A program made the translations under genes and the position numbers. Under the pieces are notes generated by a model. The model was given only the letters and a program-made list of their open reading frames with translations, was not told the origin of the DNA and made no database searches. From the human T2T-CHM13v2.0 reference genome, Homo sapiens, in the NCBI RefSeq assembly GCF_009914755.1, contig NC_060934.1: a stretch of 64,000 nt of DNA; one strand, 5' to 3'. Below, piece by piece: positions 16,635-29,440 of the stretch (its first letter is position 1; each line of letters opens with the position of its first letter).

Positions 16635-16938
16635 GCCGGGCGCGGTGGTTCATGCCTGTAATCCCAACACTTTGGGAGGCCGAGGAGGGCGGATCACCTG
16701 AGGTCAGGAGTCCGAGACCAGTCTGCGCAACATGGTGAAACCCCATTACCACTAAAAATACAAAAATGAGCCAGGCGTGGTGGCGAGTGCCTGTAATCCC
16801 AGATACAGGGAGACTGAGGCAGGAGAATCCCTTGAACCTGGGAGGCGGAGGTTGCAGTAAGACAAGATCATGCCACTGCACTCCAGCCTGGGTGACAGAG
16901 CAAGACTCCATCTCCAAAAAAAAATAAAAATAAAAAAC
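16635..16938 (+). mobile_element. AluS (Sx/Sz-like), full length
   Basis: gccgggcgcggtggttcatgcctgtaatccc..ggatcacctgaggtcagg.. followed by an A-rich tail. Confidence 0.95.
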
Positions 16939-17606
16939 AGATTTTTTCAAGTTCACTACATTTTGGTCTTTAAGGTACACTGCTAAGTAAAACAGTAACG
17001 TAGCGGAATTCAAGTCAATAACATCCTCTCCACATTTTCAGGAATCCATAGGCTTGCATGGAATACACTGGAAATATTCTGATTATCTGATTATCAATAG
17101 AAGTTTCCAATATGAGAAGAATAGGGTTGGGAGGAGCTTGATTCTATAAGCTTCTAAATTGTTTCCATTTTTAAAATAAAATATGTTCATTTTTTACAGT
17201 TTATTTAGAAAAAAGAAACACTTAAATAATTAAGTCTGCCGTCTGTGGAAACGTACACCTCAGTTTTGATTGCTTCATGATTCATATTAACCAGGTGCCA
17301 TCCTAAGTGGAAGTTTGAGTGAAGAGGTTTATTCTGGTTCACAGATTGTGGGGACAGAAGTCAAAGGTCACGCCGACACCGATGTGCTTGATTTATCACA
17401 CAGCTGCCAGGAATTCCACTTACAAATTCAAGAACCATAGACAACAGCCCTCAAAGCTTTTCAATGACAGCAGTGACGCCTTCTCAGGAGTAGTGACAGT
17501 GTTCATGGATATGCGTATACCTGTCTTCAGCCCTCCGAGCTGCGCTCTCTGGGTTACAGAGCACAGCTGGGTGGTAGATGACCTCACTTAAGACTTCCAG
17601 TACGTC

Positions 17607-17657
17607 CCACTGCACTCTCGCATGGGTGACAGAGTGAGACTCCGTCTCAAAAAAAAA
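17607..17657 (+). mobile_element. Extremely 5'-truncated Alu (about 42 bp plus A tail)
   Basis: ccactgcactc..gggtgacagagtgagactccgtctc(A)n, flanked by a 17-bp TSD aagacttccagtaYgtc (17590-17606, 17658-17674). Confidence 0.9.
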
Positions 17658-18254
17658 AAGACTTCCAGTATGTCACAGTGGTGACCTTCATGGTCTCGTC
17701 ACTTAAGATCAGCTCACTGTTTAATGAGGCTGATGACAAAAAAGCACCCTAAGACCTCTGTGACCAGACAGCAAACTGCCTCTGGTAGAACATCCAAGCT
17801 GGCCCCAATCACAGGTGCTCACGTCTCTATTTTAAGGGAATGCATGCACAGGACTTCTCAGCCTCATGGGAAAACGCCCCCGTCATGTCAACCGTTCACA
17901 TTCGAAGATGGTGCGTCTCTCCCATGAGGATGAATGTGGGTCACCGCAAACGATTCAGGGACACATCTGCTTCTGGTTTGTGGCCCTGCCATACCCAGTT
18001 TCAGAGAGGTTGGAATCCAGAGGCCAGTAGGGGCCGGGAGGTGGGGAAGGCACTCTCCTAACTGCTGCTTCTGCTCACATCCCGCCGGCGAGCGCTAGCC
18101 CTGGGGGCAGCCTGGGAAATGTGATGGCAGCCTCCCTAGCCACTTTCCACTTCAGACCTCCTCCAAGTGGGGGGTGGGCATCTTAAGGGGACAGCTGGCT
18201 GTCTCCACCGCAACCCAGCTGGGAGGGGAGAGGCGTGATGTCACATTAGGTCAC

Positions 18255-18663
18255 ACTAGGGCATGAATACGTGAGTCCCCACAAAACCCCAAAGTAGGAA
18301 GCTAAGCCCCAATAGGACGATATGAAGAGGTGAAACCTTTAGGAGATGTGAAGTGATGAGAGCAGAGCCCTCATGGATGGAATGAGCGACCTCATGGAAG
18401 GCCCGAAGGGAACCAGCTAGGCCCTCTTAGCCCTTGCTCCCTCCTGCCATGGGAGGACACAGCAAGGAGGCGCCATCTTGGAAGCCTGGTGGCTTAGCAC
18501 TGGGCCTGGGCCTAGCTAGGGTCTTGGCAGCTCTCATCAGGCACCAGATCTGCTGATGCCTTGGTCCTGGACTTTCCATTCTCCAGACCTGTAAGAAAAG
18601 CATTTCTCATCTCTATAAATTGTCTAGTCTAAGAGTATAGAGGAGCGGGAACAGACTGAGACA
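18255..18663 (+). mobile_element. Solo MaLR LTR (MSTD-like)
   Basis: gaagggaaccagctaggccc, gaggacacagcaaggaggcgccatcttggaagc, caccagatctgctgatgccttg, ending cagactgagaca. Confidence 0.8.
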
Positions 18664-21600
18664 GGTCACAAACCAGCAAGTGGGCTGGCCCGATGGCCCC
18701 ACCACAAGCAGGCTCAGGAAACTGGCACCTGCCCCCCCACCCTGCCCCCGCATCTACATGGCCTCCATATGCACAGCTTGAAAATGGGGATGAGGATGAG
18801 TCCATCCACCCCAAATGCCAGAAAGCACCTGTCAAAGCCATTTCCCATGTACAGTGGAGAAACTGTCCGTGATGGTGGGTCCTGGCTTCCCAGCAGCGGT
18901 GGCCACAGTCACTGTGTGGGCTCCAGTGGGGCACGGAGCCAGCTCAGATCCAAAGGTGTGTGTCCTCAAATCAAAGGACATCTGTCCAGTGTCCTTCCAC
19001 TAGAGGCTAAAATAAACCAATGAGCCTGCGGGTAAGGGAAGAATGTTTCTTGGGGCAGAAGACTCCCTTCAGGGAGAGGCCCCGATGGCAGTGGACTTGT
19101 CCCTCAGCCCCTTCACAGCCTGGCCCCAGGCAGAACAGGTTGGCTGGAGAGAAGAGCCCACCTCTCGGTTTTATGAACAGGCAGAGGAAGGGATCCTTGA
19201 TGGAGGTTCACACCATCTCTGACCACAAGCCCAGTGGCCTTTCTGCTTGAAGTCCAGGGTCTTGACCATGGGGTCAGGGCTCACGTGCTCTGCAGCTGGA
19301 TCTGGTCTAAGGCCCCTGTCCCTGGACCTGTCATGCCCTCAACCCCTGCCACCCGGCTCTTTCTGGGGCTGCACTGAGAATCCAGCCTCTCCCAGACCAA
19401 GCGGCCCATGGCATCAACTCAATGGCAGCCTCTCCCAAAATCCAATTTCATTACACCTGGCTTTACTGCCGTTGTGACTGACAAGTGGTCCCCTTAAAAA
19501 GGGAAAAAGAAGGTTAATGCTCGCAATTCATCCTTTTATCCCAACAGCTCTCCTTTATGGAACGCCACATAATTAACCAGTGACGTGCACGCCTCATTGT
19601 GAGGCACAAATCAGATGCATCCCAACTCTCTGCTGTGTCACTTGCTTCAGAAATGTGAAGCTATGAAACCTAAATAGGTTTTCAATTTCTCCTAATGTAA
19701 AAAAAAAAAAAAACAGCAATAAAATCAAAAAGTGAGAGAAAAAGGGAGAAAAAGTTAGACTCTGGAAATAGCATCCTTCATGAAACTACATTAGATGTGA
19801 ATTATTCCCACAATGATTTCTCTGTGGAATTGCCTCATTCCAGCCTGTATCTCACATTAGGGAATTTTGTAACAGGCTGAACTTTTATTTAAAAATGCTT
19901 CTCTTAAGTAGCTCCAGTGCAGCCCTGGGGACGTGGAGGTAAACGCCGCCTTCCATGGCCTTCCCTTGGCAGGGCACATCCTGGCCTGGGGTCATGGGGC
20001 CACCCTGGCATCTCTGACTGCCACTTCCTGGAAAGGCAGCATGTCCGCAGCCACCTTGCTGAGGTCACCTGGTCTTGGAGGCTCAGCACGGCGGACCTCA
20101 TCCTTCCTAAGAGGCTGCAAAGGTTGTTTTATCCAAAAGATGTTTTATGCAAAGGGTGCAGGAGACGGGAGGCTGTGGGAGCCCCTGGGATGGACCCAGA
20201 GTTGGGAAGCTACGACAGAGGGCCGAGGTGGTGACTGCCCTCCACCTGGCTCCTGTGCCAGGTCTCTGTGGGGTCTGTGGGCAGACAGCTTGCCATATGA
20301 GCAGGGGTCCACGGGCAGATGGTTTGCCATATGACCACAGAGGTCTTACTATAGCTCTGTAGCTCCTTTGTCTGGAAGGCCCTGAAAGGGCAGGAAAATG
20401 GATGCTGCAGACACGAAGCCCTCAGGATTCCCAGGCGGGAGAACTGGCTGGTGGCTCTGGAATAAGAAGTACAGGCAGATTTGAAGGATGTCATGGACAA
20501 CGAATGAACTGCCAATCTGGTGTACGCCAAGGTCCGCAGAGGCAAATCCTCATGGAAACACCATCTTGGGTCACCAGAAGGGCTGGTCCTGCGGACCGGC
20601 TGGCAGCCTGGGAGTGGACTCAGGGCACTGGGCAGGGAGGTCAGCCCGGGACACACCCTCCAAGGGGGTGCTGGAGTGAAGACCGGTGTGGGAGCTCTGC
20701 CCAGGCCTCCCAGGCCCTGGGGCCCCAGACAACCAAGGAAGGGAAGAATCCACCTGCCTCACCTGGGCCTTCCTGGAGCAGCCCTCAAAGGAAGGGGCAC
20801 GAGGAGAGGCAGAATAGAGGGCGTTTTATCCATGGAACAAGCGCCCCTCGTGGGCGGCTGCCCGCCAGGCCTTGCACAGGCCCTGGGTGCAAAGTCCGTG
20901 CAATCAAGGACCCCGTGGCTGAGCTCAGTGGGCAGCATGTGAAGGAGGGGCAGAGGTCACGTGTTCCCAAAGGGACGACTGTGATGAGAACAAGAGCATC
21001 GTGAGGGGTGCAGGGTCCTCCTGGAGCCCAGAAGTAGCAGCTGAGCTCAGCCAGGGTGAAATAGTGGCTGGGGCAGCCCCGACAGTGATTTCCCAGGGAT
21101 GTGGGGTGTAGGACAGGGAGGCCTGGTCCTCCTTGAAGAGGACAAGATCATGAGGAGAGGGTGGGGTGCGTCCAGGGAAAAGCCAGATGCTCCTCTGGCC
21201 AAGCGAGTGGTGCGGGAGGACGTGGAAGGATTTGGTGCAGTCACTTCACTCCCAGAGGGGCCAGGGAAGCAAATGGTCTTTGAAACTCTGTTTGTTCCTA
21301 ATTCTCAAATAGGCCTTTCTTGGCGTCCCCGTGGCTGGTCCCCTCCATCAGTTCCCCTCTTCAGAGCTGAGCCTGGAATCAGAAAGTGCTTTGTCCTTTT
21401 CAGCGAGCGTCGGAGTGGGCGCAACTCTGCTGGCCACTGGCCAAGAAAGCTGCATGGAGATCTTCAGGGAGGTCCCCACCCCAATCCCCTCACTTGCCCC
21501 GACCCCTTCCCCTACCCTGATCCCCTCCCCCACCCAATCTCCAGCTCCAGGCACAGCGTGATTCCATATCTCCAAAGGGAGGTTCTGTCCTGGGAGACCC

Positions 21601-22969
21601 CAGAGGTCACAGGAGCTTTCCAAATGGGCTGAAAGCCAGCATGAGTGTCACCTGGTTTCACGCGCAGGCCTGGTGGACAGGCGTCTTGCTGCCGAGGCTT
21701 TGCTGCCCAGGAGGGAGCCTGCAGGGCCGGCACTGCAGTGATGCAGGGCAGAGTTCAAGTTCACTGTTTACAGGTGACACAGCGGCTCCAACATGAAGAC
21801 AGATGTTCCCTTGAAGTGGCAATGCCGGCTTCTCCCTGCAGCTCTCCCTTGAGTCAGTTGCTACCATTTTGTTCTCCCCTGGCTCCAGTTAGCAGACCAG
21901 AAACAGCTACATCAGGTTTAAGAACATTCATGGGGGAAAACCTGAATATGGAGAAAGCTTCCCCCTTGGCCTGGAGGCCTCATACAGATTGGGAGATGTG
22001 TCCGCTTCCTGTGAGGACAGCGCGGGCCTCTGCAGCAAGAGGAGGGGTGTGGGGCTGAGGTCCATGCGACCTCAGATGCGCCAGGCCCGGGAACCAGGAC
22101 CGCCCTCACAGCTCGGGCTTCCCATCAGCCTTGAAATACCGAGCGGGTGGTCCCTGACACCGAGTGGGTCTTAGGAGGACAAGCACCATGGAAAGAAGAA
22201 AGAAGGTACCAGGCTCAGCTGGAAATAGGCTGTGTCAAGAGTGAGAGACCCAAGGCTCCAGGCGGCTTCAGGGAGGCAGGCAGGGGAGGCTGTGCTGAGA
22301 GGGAGTCAAGGTTCCCCGAACTCCACTTCCACAATGAGCCAACCCACCCGTGCCACCAAGGCACCCTAGGGACCAGCCCAACCACAGAGAGGCCAGCCCT
22401 GCCTAGCCCACTATCCCACATGAGGACCCCAAGGACCAGCTCAAAGACCAAGAAAGGACGGGACTAGGTGGAGTCAATATGACCGTCACTAGTCACCTGT
22501 GATCTCTTGATGCCTGAGCCAAAGCGGTTCCTCCAGGGGAAAGCTTCCAAATTCAACACCCCTCCTCCATGACGGATGCCCAGGTTACGTCACTTGGAGG
22601 AAGCTCCCTCTCATGTGACATGAGGATGCCTATCATCTGTGTCACCCTCTGGCCACAGAGTGCGAAGCCTCAGAGGGGGCCTGTGAGCCTGGCTTTCCTT
22701 AACATGGCTGCTCCTCAGCTCCGAGCCCACAGAGCTCGACAGAGATGCATGTGAACGATGGTGAGCTCCGCAGAGACCAGCTGCCGAGAACGCCCGGTTC
22801 ACAGGCTGCTTCCACGTCCTCAGCATCCCCTTCTCATGTTGTGTCTGAGCAGACAGATTTTCGTAGCTGCAGTTAAATGATAAATCAGAGGTCATGTGCT
22901 AATGCTCCACAATCTGTCCCCTGCCCCACCGTTTCTAGGGAGGGGGAAGCCATTACCTTTCTTAGGATG

Positions 22970-23620
<651 letters not shown>

Positions 23621-24370
23621 GGTGGAAAGCATTCTTTCTCAGCCCGGCTCTGACAAAGAAGCCGAAGTCTGGAAAATCAAGAGTCATTAAATAGAAACGT
23701 GGACCACGTTTACTGATAATGTCTAGTGTAGCAGTAAGGGGAAGTGGATACCTGTATCCTGTAATTATGATTTAAAAATAGGAGTTTTATTTTAAAAGCA
23801 TTAGGGAATCACTGTTAGAACTTTAATGAACAGATATTTTTATATGCACGCAGCATGACTAGTAAAGTAATTCTTTTGCCACAAAGTAAATGTCTTAGAT
23901 AAATGCACTTATAAATGTAAAATATATATAGCCTTTGCCATTTGTGAGGCCTGCTAACCTTCTCTGAATAACCACTTTAATTCTATAGGATCTGGAAACT
24001 GAATGGTCTCATTTGTCCTCCTACCAGTGACAAACACAGTATCATAGTAGGGCAATAATTATTATATTTTATAGTTAAGTAGTTTTTAAAATAAATGATA
24101 AAATAAAGCACTTTGTAATTATCTAAATAAATATAGCTATTTAAATAATTTTAAGCTTAAAGAAGACTTTGTAATATTAATTTACAAAGATAATGCTTTT
24201 AAAATGTTACTTTTTAATATATCAGAATCTTGATGTGACACCCAAAATAGCAAGGTTACAAATATATTTTACACCTAGAAATAGAGGCTTCACTGATTAG
24301 GCTGCATTTTGATGCCGTCGTAATTTCGCTGTGCCAGTCATACCAAAAGAAGCAAGTTTCTCTAGCTTAC

Positions 24371-24423
24371 AAAAATGAATGTTTTTTGCAATACAGAAGG
24401 AACAGAAGTGACATAAAGATCAC
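24371..24423 (-). other. Candidate 53-nt exon, or the start of an alternative last exon extending to about 23765
   Basis: Very strong acceptor aatattttcttcttctccag|GTGATC and donor TTT|gtaagc. It lies at the edge of an AT-rich island with a minus-strand AATAAA at 23791-23786. Confidence 0.45.
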
Positions 24424-24519
24424 CTGGAGAAGAAGAAAATATTCAACATGAAATCCATTGCAGATTTTCCAGCATTTTGTCATCATCTCTCCCTCTCTTT
24501 TGTTATTACCATAACTTCA

Positions 24520-24660
24520 AGAAAAATAATGGGAGCTGTTGTTGTGCCCATTTTCCAGATGAGGAGACTGACAAAGGGATCCAGCTCTCCCTGAGGTCGC
24601 CCAGCCTTGCAGACAGTGTCAGCTCAAGGACCAAGGCCACTGACTCCAGGCCCCTGTGCC
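24520..24660. mobile_element. MIR fragment
   Basis: MIR core gcccattttccagatgaggagactga. Confidence 0.7.
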
Positions 24661-26139
24661 CACAGTCCCCCCAACCCTCTGCCCCCAGGGCCATCCTTGG
24701 CAGGAACTAAGAACCTGCCCACTTGCCTCACTTTTGTCCCTGCTGGAAGAGAGCCAGCTCTGACCAATCCACTCTCCAAAGACCCTCTGGCAGGGAGACA
24801 TCCAAATGACCGGCACTCCGTGGGCAATACCAAGGTGAAAATAAAAAGAAAGAATTATCTGGGAAAAATTCCAGGCTTCACCATTCACAAGTGGCACAGC
24901 TTTGCCAAGTTGTTTTTACCTCCAGACTGTACAACTAAGAACTCTTAGGCATTGCGGGAACACACTACATGTCTTGAGCTGTCCCGCAGGCCCGCCCTAC
25001 TGGATTCAGCCCTCATCTCCGCCCTTCCCTCAGTTTCCTCCCTCCTCTCCTCCTCCTCCTCCTTATTCCTTCTTTGCTAACCACCCCATCAGGCCCACGT
25101 TACAAACATATTTTGCTTATTAGTAATAAATTATATCTGCAGTCAATAACTCATTTTCCAAAAATTAATTTGGGAGCAACAGTACACAGTTCCCCATGTA
25201 AAATCAGGGAGGCATGGCAAGCCACCGAAACAGCAAGTCATTACTTCATGTCATCACTATTTCATCGTTTTCCTCTAATGAAGATTTACACCTTCCACGA
25301 GGCGCTACCATGCACTTCAATGTGTGAATCAAAATCAAACGTCTAAGGACATTGTCCCATCTCCCCTTCTGTCTCACCCACCTGGAGACCTTCTGAACGT
25401 TTGTTCTCTGAAGCTGCCTGCAGCCTGTGCATCTGTGCTTTGGGGACAGCAGCAAAGGGGTGTTGGGATGGTATCTGGGTGGTGGGGCACGGTCAGGGCC
25501 GTATGGCTCGGCCCTCCCTGCTGGAGGCACCGTGGCTCTGGTCCCACAAGTGCAAGAAATAGGCCAGCCTCTCAAAGGAGGACTGAGGAGGACTGTCCCT
25601 GGCCTTCAGGCCCCCAGCAGATGAGGCTAGAACCGGATCAGATGCCTCACATCAGGAAGCATGTGGTGAGCTGCGGCCAGGGCTGGGCCCCTGAGCACGG
25701 GGCTCTGACTTTCCCTGCCAGATTTTTCCATGGTGTGGCAAAGGGCTTCCTACTACAACCCCCTTCCCGGTGTTCTGGGCCCATGCTGTGGCCGGAGCTA
25801 GATGTGCTAGAACCCCTTCTATTTAGTTACACCACGAGAAGTAATGTCCCAGGATGCAGTGACTTCTCCATCCACATCCTGGGACAAGTGAAAGCAAAGC
25901 CCCAGCCAGAGAGCCAGTTTCAGCCAAAGGAGGAAACTTGCCAGAAATGTCATAGGCAGCTCCTTTCATGAAGGCAACCTATTTTATTAACACTTCAACC
26001 TTCAAACAACATAAATGCAGCACGAAAATTGCACACATGGAGGAAAGAAGCGGCTGGGCGGTGGACTCGGGCCTGAGAACGAGCCCCACCCCAAGAAGCA
26101 CCAGAGCACCAGGCCTGCCGGGCCACTTGCCAGCGTCAC

Positions 26140-26175
26140 CTCTAGTGCAGACGGCGGCTGGGAGCATCCATTTCT
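26140..26175 (-). other. Candidate 36-nt exon
   Basis: tatttcttacatcatctttttccatcag|AGAAATGG...ACTAGAG|gtgacg. Confidence 0.4.
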
Positions 26176-26690
26176 CTGATGGAAAAAGATGATGTAAGAA
26201 ATATAAATAGAAAAGTAATCAGATAAACAGAAGTTTCCACAGCATTAGTTCCTATCTAAGATCATTTTTATGCTGTTACTGAGTAGACACATGACCATCC
26301 ACAGATCTTTCCTTATTTCTTCTCCAGATTAGCAAGCAAGAATTAATGATAAGATTGGGGTGATTCTAAGGTTTTGTGACTCAACTGTGCTATGGGGCCA
26401 CATTATCCTCATCTCCCACATGTATGAGAGACCACCTCATCTCCCCAGGTGACGGTGTGGGAACCATCCCTGCCCAAAAGTGCAGGCTAAGGTTGTGTCT
26501 GCCTCTTCATTCACACGCTGTACCCACTGGCACCATCTCAACTCAGACTCAGACCCGGGGCAAGACAGCAGCTCTCCCACTGCCTTCAGGCCCATGCAGA
26601 GTTGATTCTGCAAGGCTGTGACACAAAGGTCTTGAAGGGAGCATCCTTTTTGGTGTCCACATCCATGGCCTGAAGTTAAGGGTATACCAG

Positions 26691-26817
26691 TGCATGATCA
26701 GAAACTCCATTCATCCAGCCCAAATGCATGATGGGAAACTCCATTTATCTAGAACAAATGCATGATGGGAAACTCCATTTATCCAGCCTAAATGCATTAT
26801 TTGAAACTGTTCATCTA
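26691..26817 (+). repeat. 34-bp minisatellite, about 3.8 copies
   Basis: Unit tgcatgatgggaaactccatttatccagcccaaa starts at 26691, 26725, 26759 and 26793. Confidence 0.9.
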
Positions 26818-26855
26818 TGCTTGGCATCTGTAAGCTCAAAATAATTAGGCCTTAC

Positions 26856-26864
26856 CTAAAGCAC
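26856..26864 (-). other. Candidate 9-nt micro-exon GTGCTTTAG
   Basis: cttctttcatttaccattccacttttaattatag|GTGCTTTAG|gtaagg: long pyrimidine tract and a near-consensus donor. Confidence 0.4.
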
Positions 26865-27814
26865 CTATAATTAAAAGTGGAATGGTAAATGAAAGAAGTG
26901 AGGGTCCAGGTGATTTTACAAATATGTAAAGATAATGCTTTGAAGGGTCTTAGGTACTCTCCTGAAATTAACATCTCTAGTTTGCACATCCACAAGTCTA
27001 CAGTTCCAAAATTCTCAATTCAACCTGAGACTACCAAATTAGTTCTATTTGTGAGTGGCTAATAAAACAAAGAATTAACTTGTGAATGCTAATAAGCAAC
27101 CACAGATGCAAATAAAAGCTCATTTTACAGTAAGAGAGGAAAACAGCCAAGGCATGAATAGTTTAAAACAGGACTGTGGATGCAGCTGCCCCATGTGATA
27201 TGAGGTAGGAAGTGTGACACAGGCATTACATGGGGCTAGCACCGCTGGAGTGCTTCTTACCCAGAGGTTCCCCACAAGTGCTCCTCCCACAGCTGCGGAT
27301 TGACCTGCACAAGCATATTGAATCTGAAGACTTTAGTCACCCATCAGCTGAAAATGACCCTCTCTGCCCCATCAGGCAGGCAGCCAAGCAAACTGTTCCC
27401 TCAGCAACCTCCATCAGAGGCTGTATGGGCAGTGAGGGGGCTTGTGTTGGCCACCCAGGGCTGAGGACTGGCTGCAGCCCCCAGAGGCTATGTGGGGCCT
27501 CCCTCCCATGGCTGCCTGGTGACCAGAGGACAAGAGTTCTATCAGCCCTGAGCTCCTGGCACACGGGAAGATGGCACATGCCAAGAAGGGAAAAAGAAAG
27601 GCCCAGACTCATCAGAACCCACACCTGCACCCAGGCTCACCCGTGAACGTGGGAGGGCTTGAAACCTGGGACTCACTTCCTGGAAATGTCTATGGAAATT
27701 CACACACAGAAAGGTTTGACTGGAATAAGACTTCATGTTATAAAATTTCTCTGCACCAGAACCGGATATTAGGAAACATGATTCTGCTCTTCAAATTCTT
27801 AGTAAAATATCATT

Positions 27815-27970
27815 GAGCAGCTAGGCACGTGGGATCAAGACACCCCACAGCCTCCGTTCAGATTCCAGCTCAGCTGGGCCACTCTGTCTGGCCCGGCTGC
27901 GCCTCAGTGTCCCCGTCTATGGAATGGGGACAACCCAAGCTATCTCCAGCACTGCTGTGGAGATGCAGCT
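27815..27970. mobile_element. MIR fragment
   Basis: gttcagattccagctcag and gcctcagtgtccccgtctatggaatgggga. Confidence 0.6.
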
Positions 27971-29199
27971 ACTTAATTATGCAAGCTGCTTCCATCAGCC
28001 GCAGGTTCCAGGCAGGCCCTCAGCAGGCACAAGGAGGGCCTCTCCCTGGACCCTGCTCTCCTGTGTTTGCTGAAGGGACTCTTAAGGGCAAGGGCACTGG
28101 CACACACAGGCAAGAATCCCCTCAACCTGAGCTTAGGGCCCTGTGCTGGGCCCTGCTTCAGGAACTGGGAGAACACGGGAATAAAACAAGAGCCCTGCCC
28201 TAGCCACGGCCCAGCAGGGAACCCTGTGTTTCCCAGGCCCTGAGAACATGCTCACCAGGATCAGACCATCCCACAGTCCCGGCAGTTCCAGTGGCTGTGG
28301 AAGTCAGTCAGTTTAACTCAGCAGAGGCCCACTACTTATCCAGGGATACAAACATGCTTTTAATGTTACATACGCACACACACACGCACACACACGCACA
28401 ACAGTTACAATGACTAACTGGGCAGTCATTTATGAATTCACAAGCCCTTGAAGAATGTAGAAATGCACAGGCCTCCTGACATCCTCTGCAGGGTCCTAGA
28501 GAGCCTGCCCAGGGAGGGGTGGGAGCCTGGGGTGAGGCTCCCTGGGAAGCTTGTCCTAACCTGGCTGCAGAGTCCCCTCCATCTCCACTGCACGCCCTGC
28601 CCCCTGTCCAGGGCACAGTCCCCATGGGACCCCCAGGGAGTCTGGATGGGCCACACATGCTCCTGGCTGCTCATCTCTTCCCTTCCACAGGATCTTGTTC
28701 CAGCTGGTGGCATCTCAGCCACTCTCACAGCCGTCTCTAATACGTCTTTAACTCTTGATTAGCAAGCCTACCCCACCCCAGAGTTTGGAACCCCTTCCAA
28801 GAAAATTAGTCTTTCTATATGCTTTTAAGAAAAGGCTAGTCATCATCATTTACACCTTCTATTTTCACTGAACCATGAGTGTTAAGAGGAAAATAGCACC
28901 TTCTCCTGCGTTTCAGCTGCTCCCACAATGCCTGACACCCAGGAAGTGACAGACGCGGTTCAGAGAGGCAGCTTCAGTTCCACTCATACAGGGATTTCCA
29001 GCGTTTCCACTTATCTGAAGGCGGAGGGGTGCCGAAGGAAGTGGGTGGTGTCCACGCAGTGGGAACAGGCCCCTGGAAGGTCAGCTCCACAGACGCCCAG
29101 CTGGGTGGGTCACACCTACTGACCATGTGCCCACTGAGAAAGACATTTGACAGTGAGAGCCAGCAAACATGTACTGATACACTGATATTGAACTGAATT

Positions 29200-29440
29200 T
29201 ACTTATTTAATAAGCATATTAAACACTTATTCCATGCCAAGGACTCCTCTAAGGCCTTTGTGAAGCTCATCTCATTGAATTTTCACCATGGCCGTGTCGG
29301 GGGCCCTGTTTCTGCCCTCACTCACAGGCGGAAACAGGGGCACTCAGAGCTAGGCTGGGCGGTTCCCGAGATTGCAGGTGAGTGGGAGGCAGCCCAGGCC
29401 AGATCCCACGCTTGTACTTCCTCGCTGTGACGCACTCATA
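29200..29440. mobile_element. MIR fragment
   Basis: atattaaacacttattccatgccaagg..catctcattgaattttcac..caggcggaaacagggg. Confidence 0.55.
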
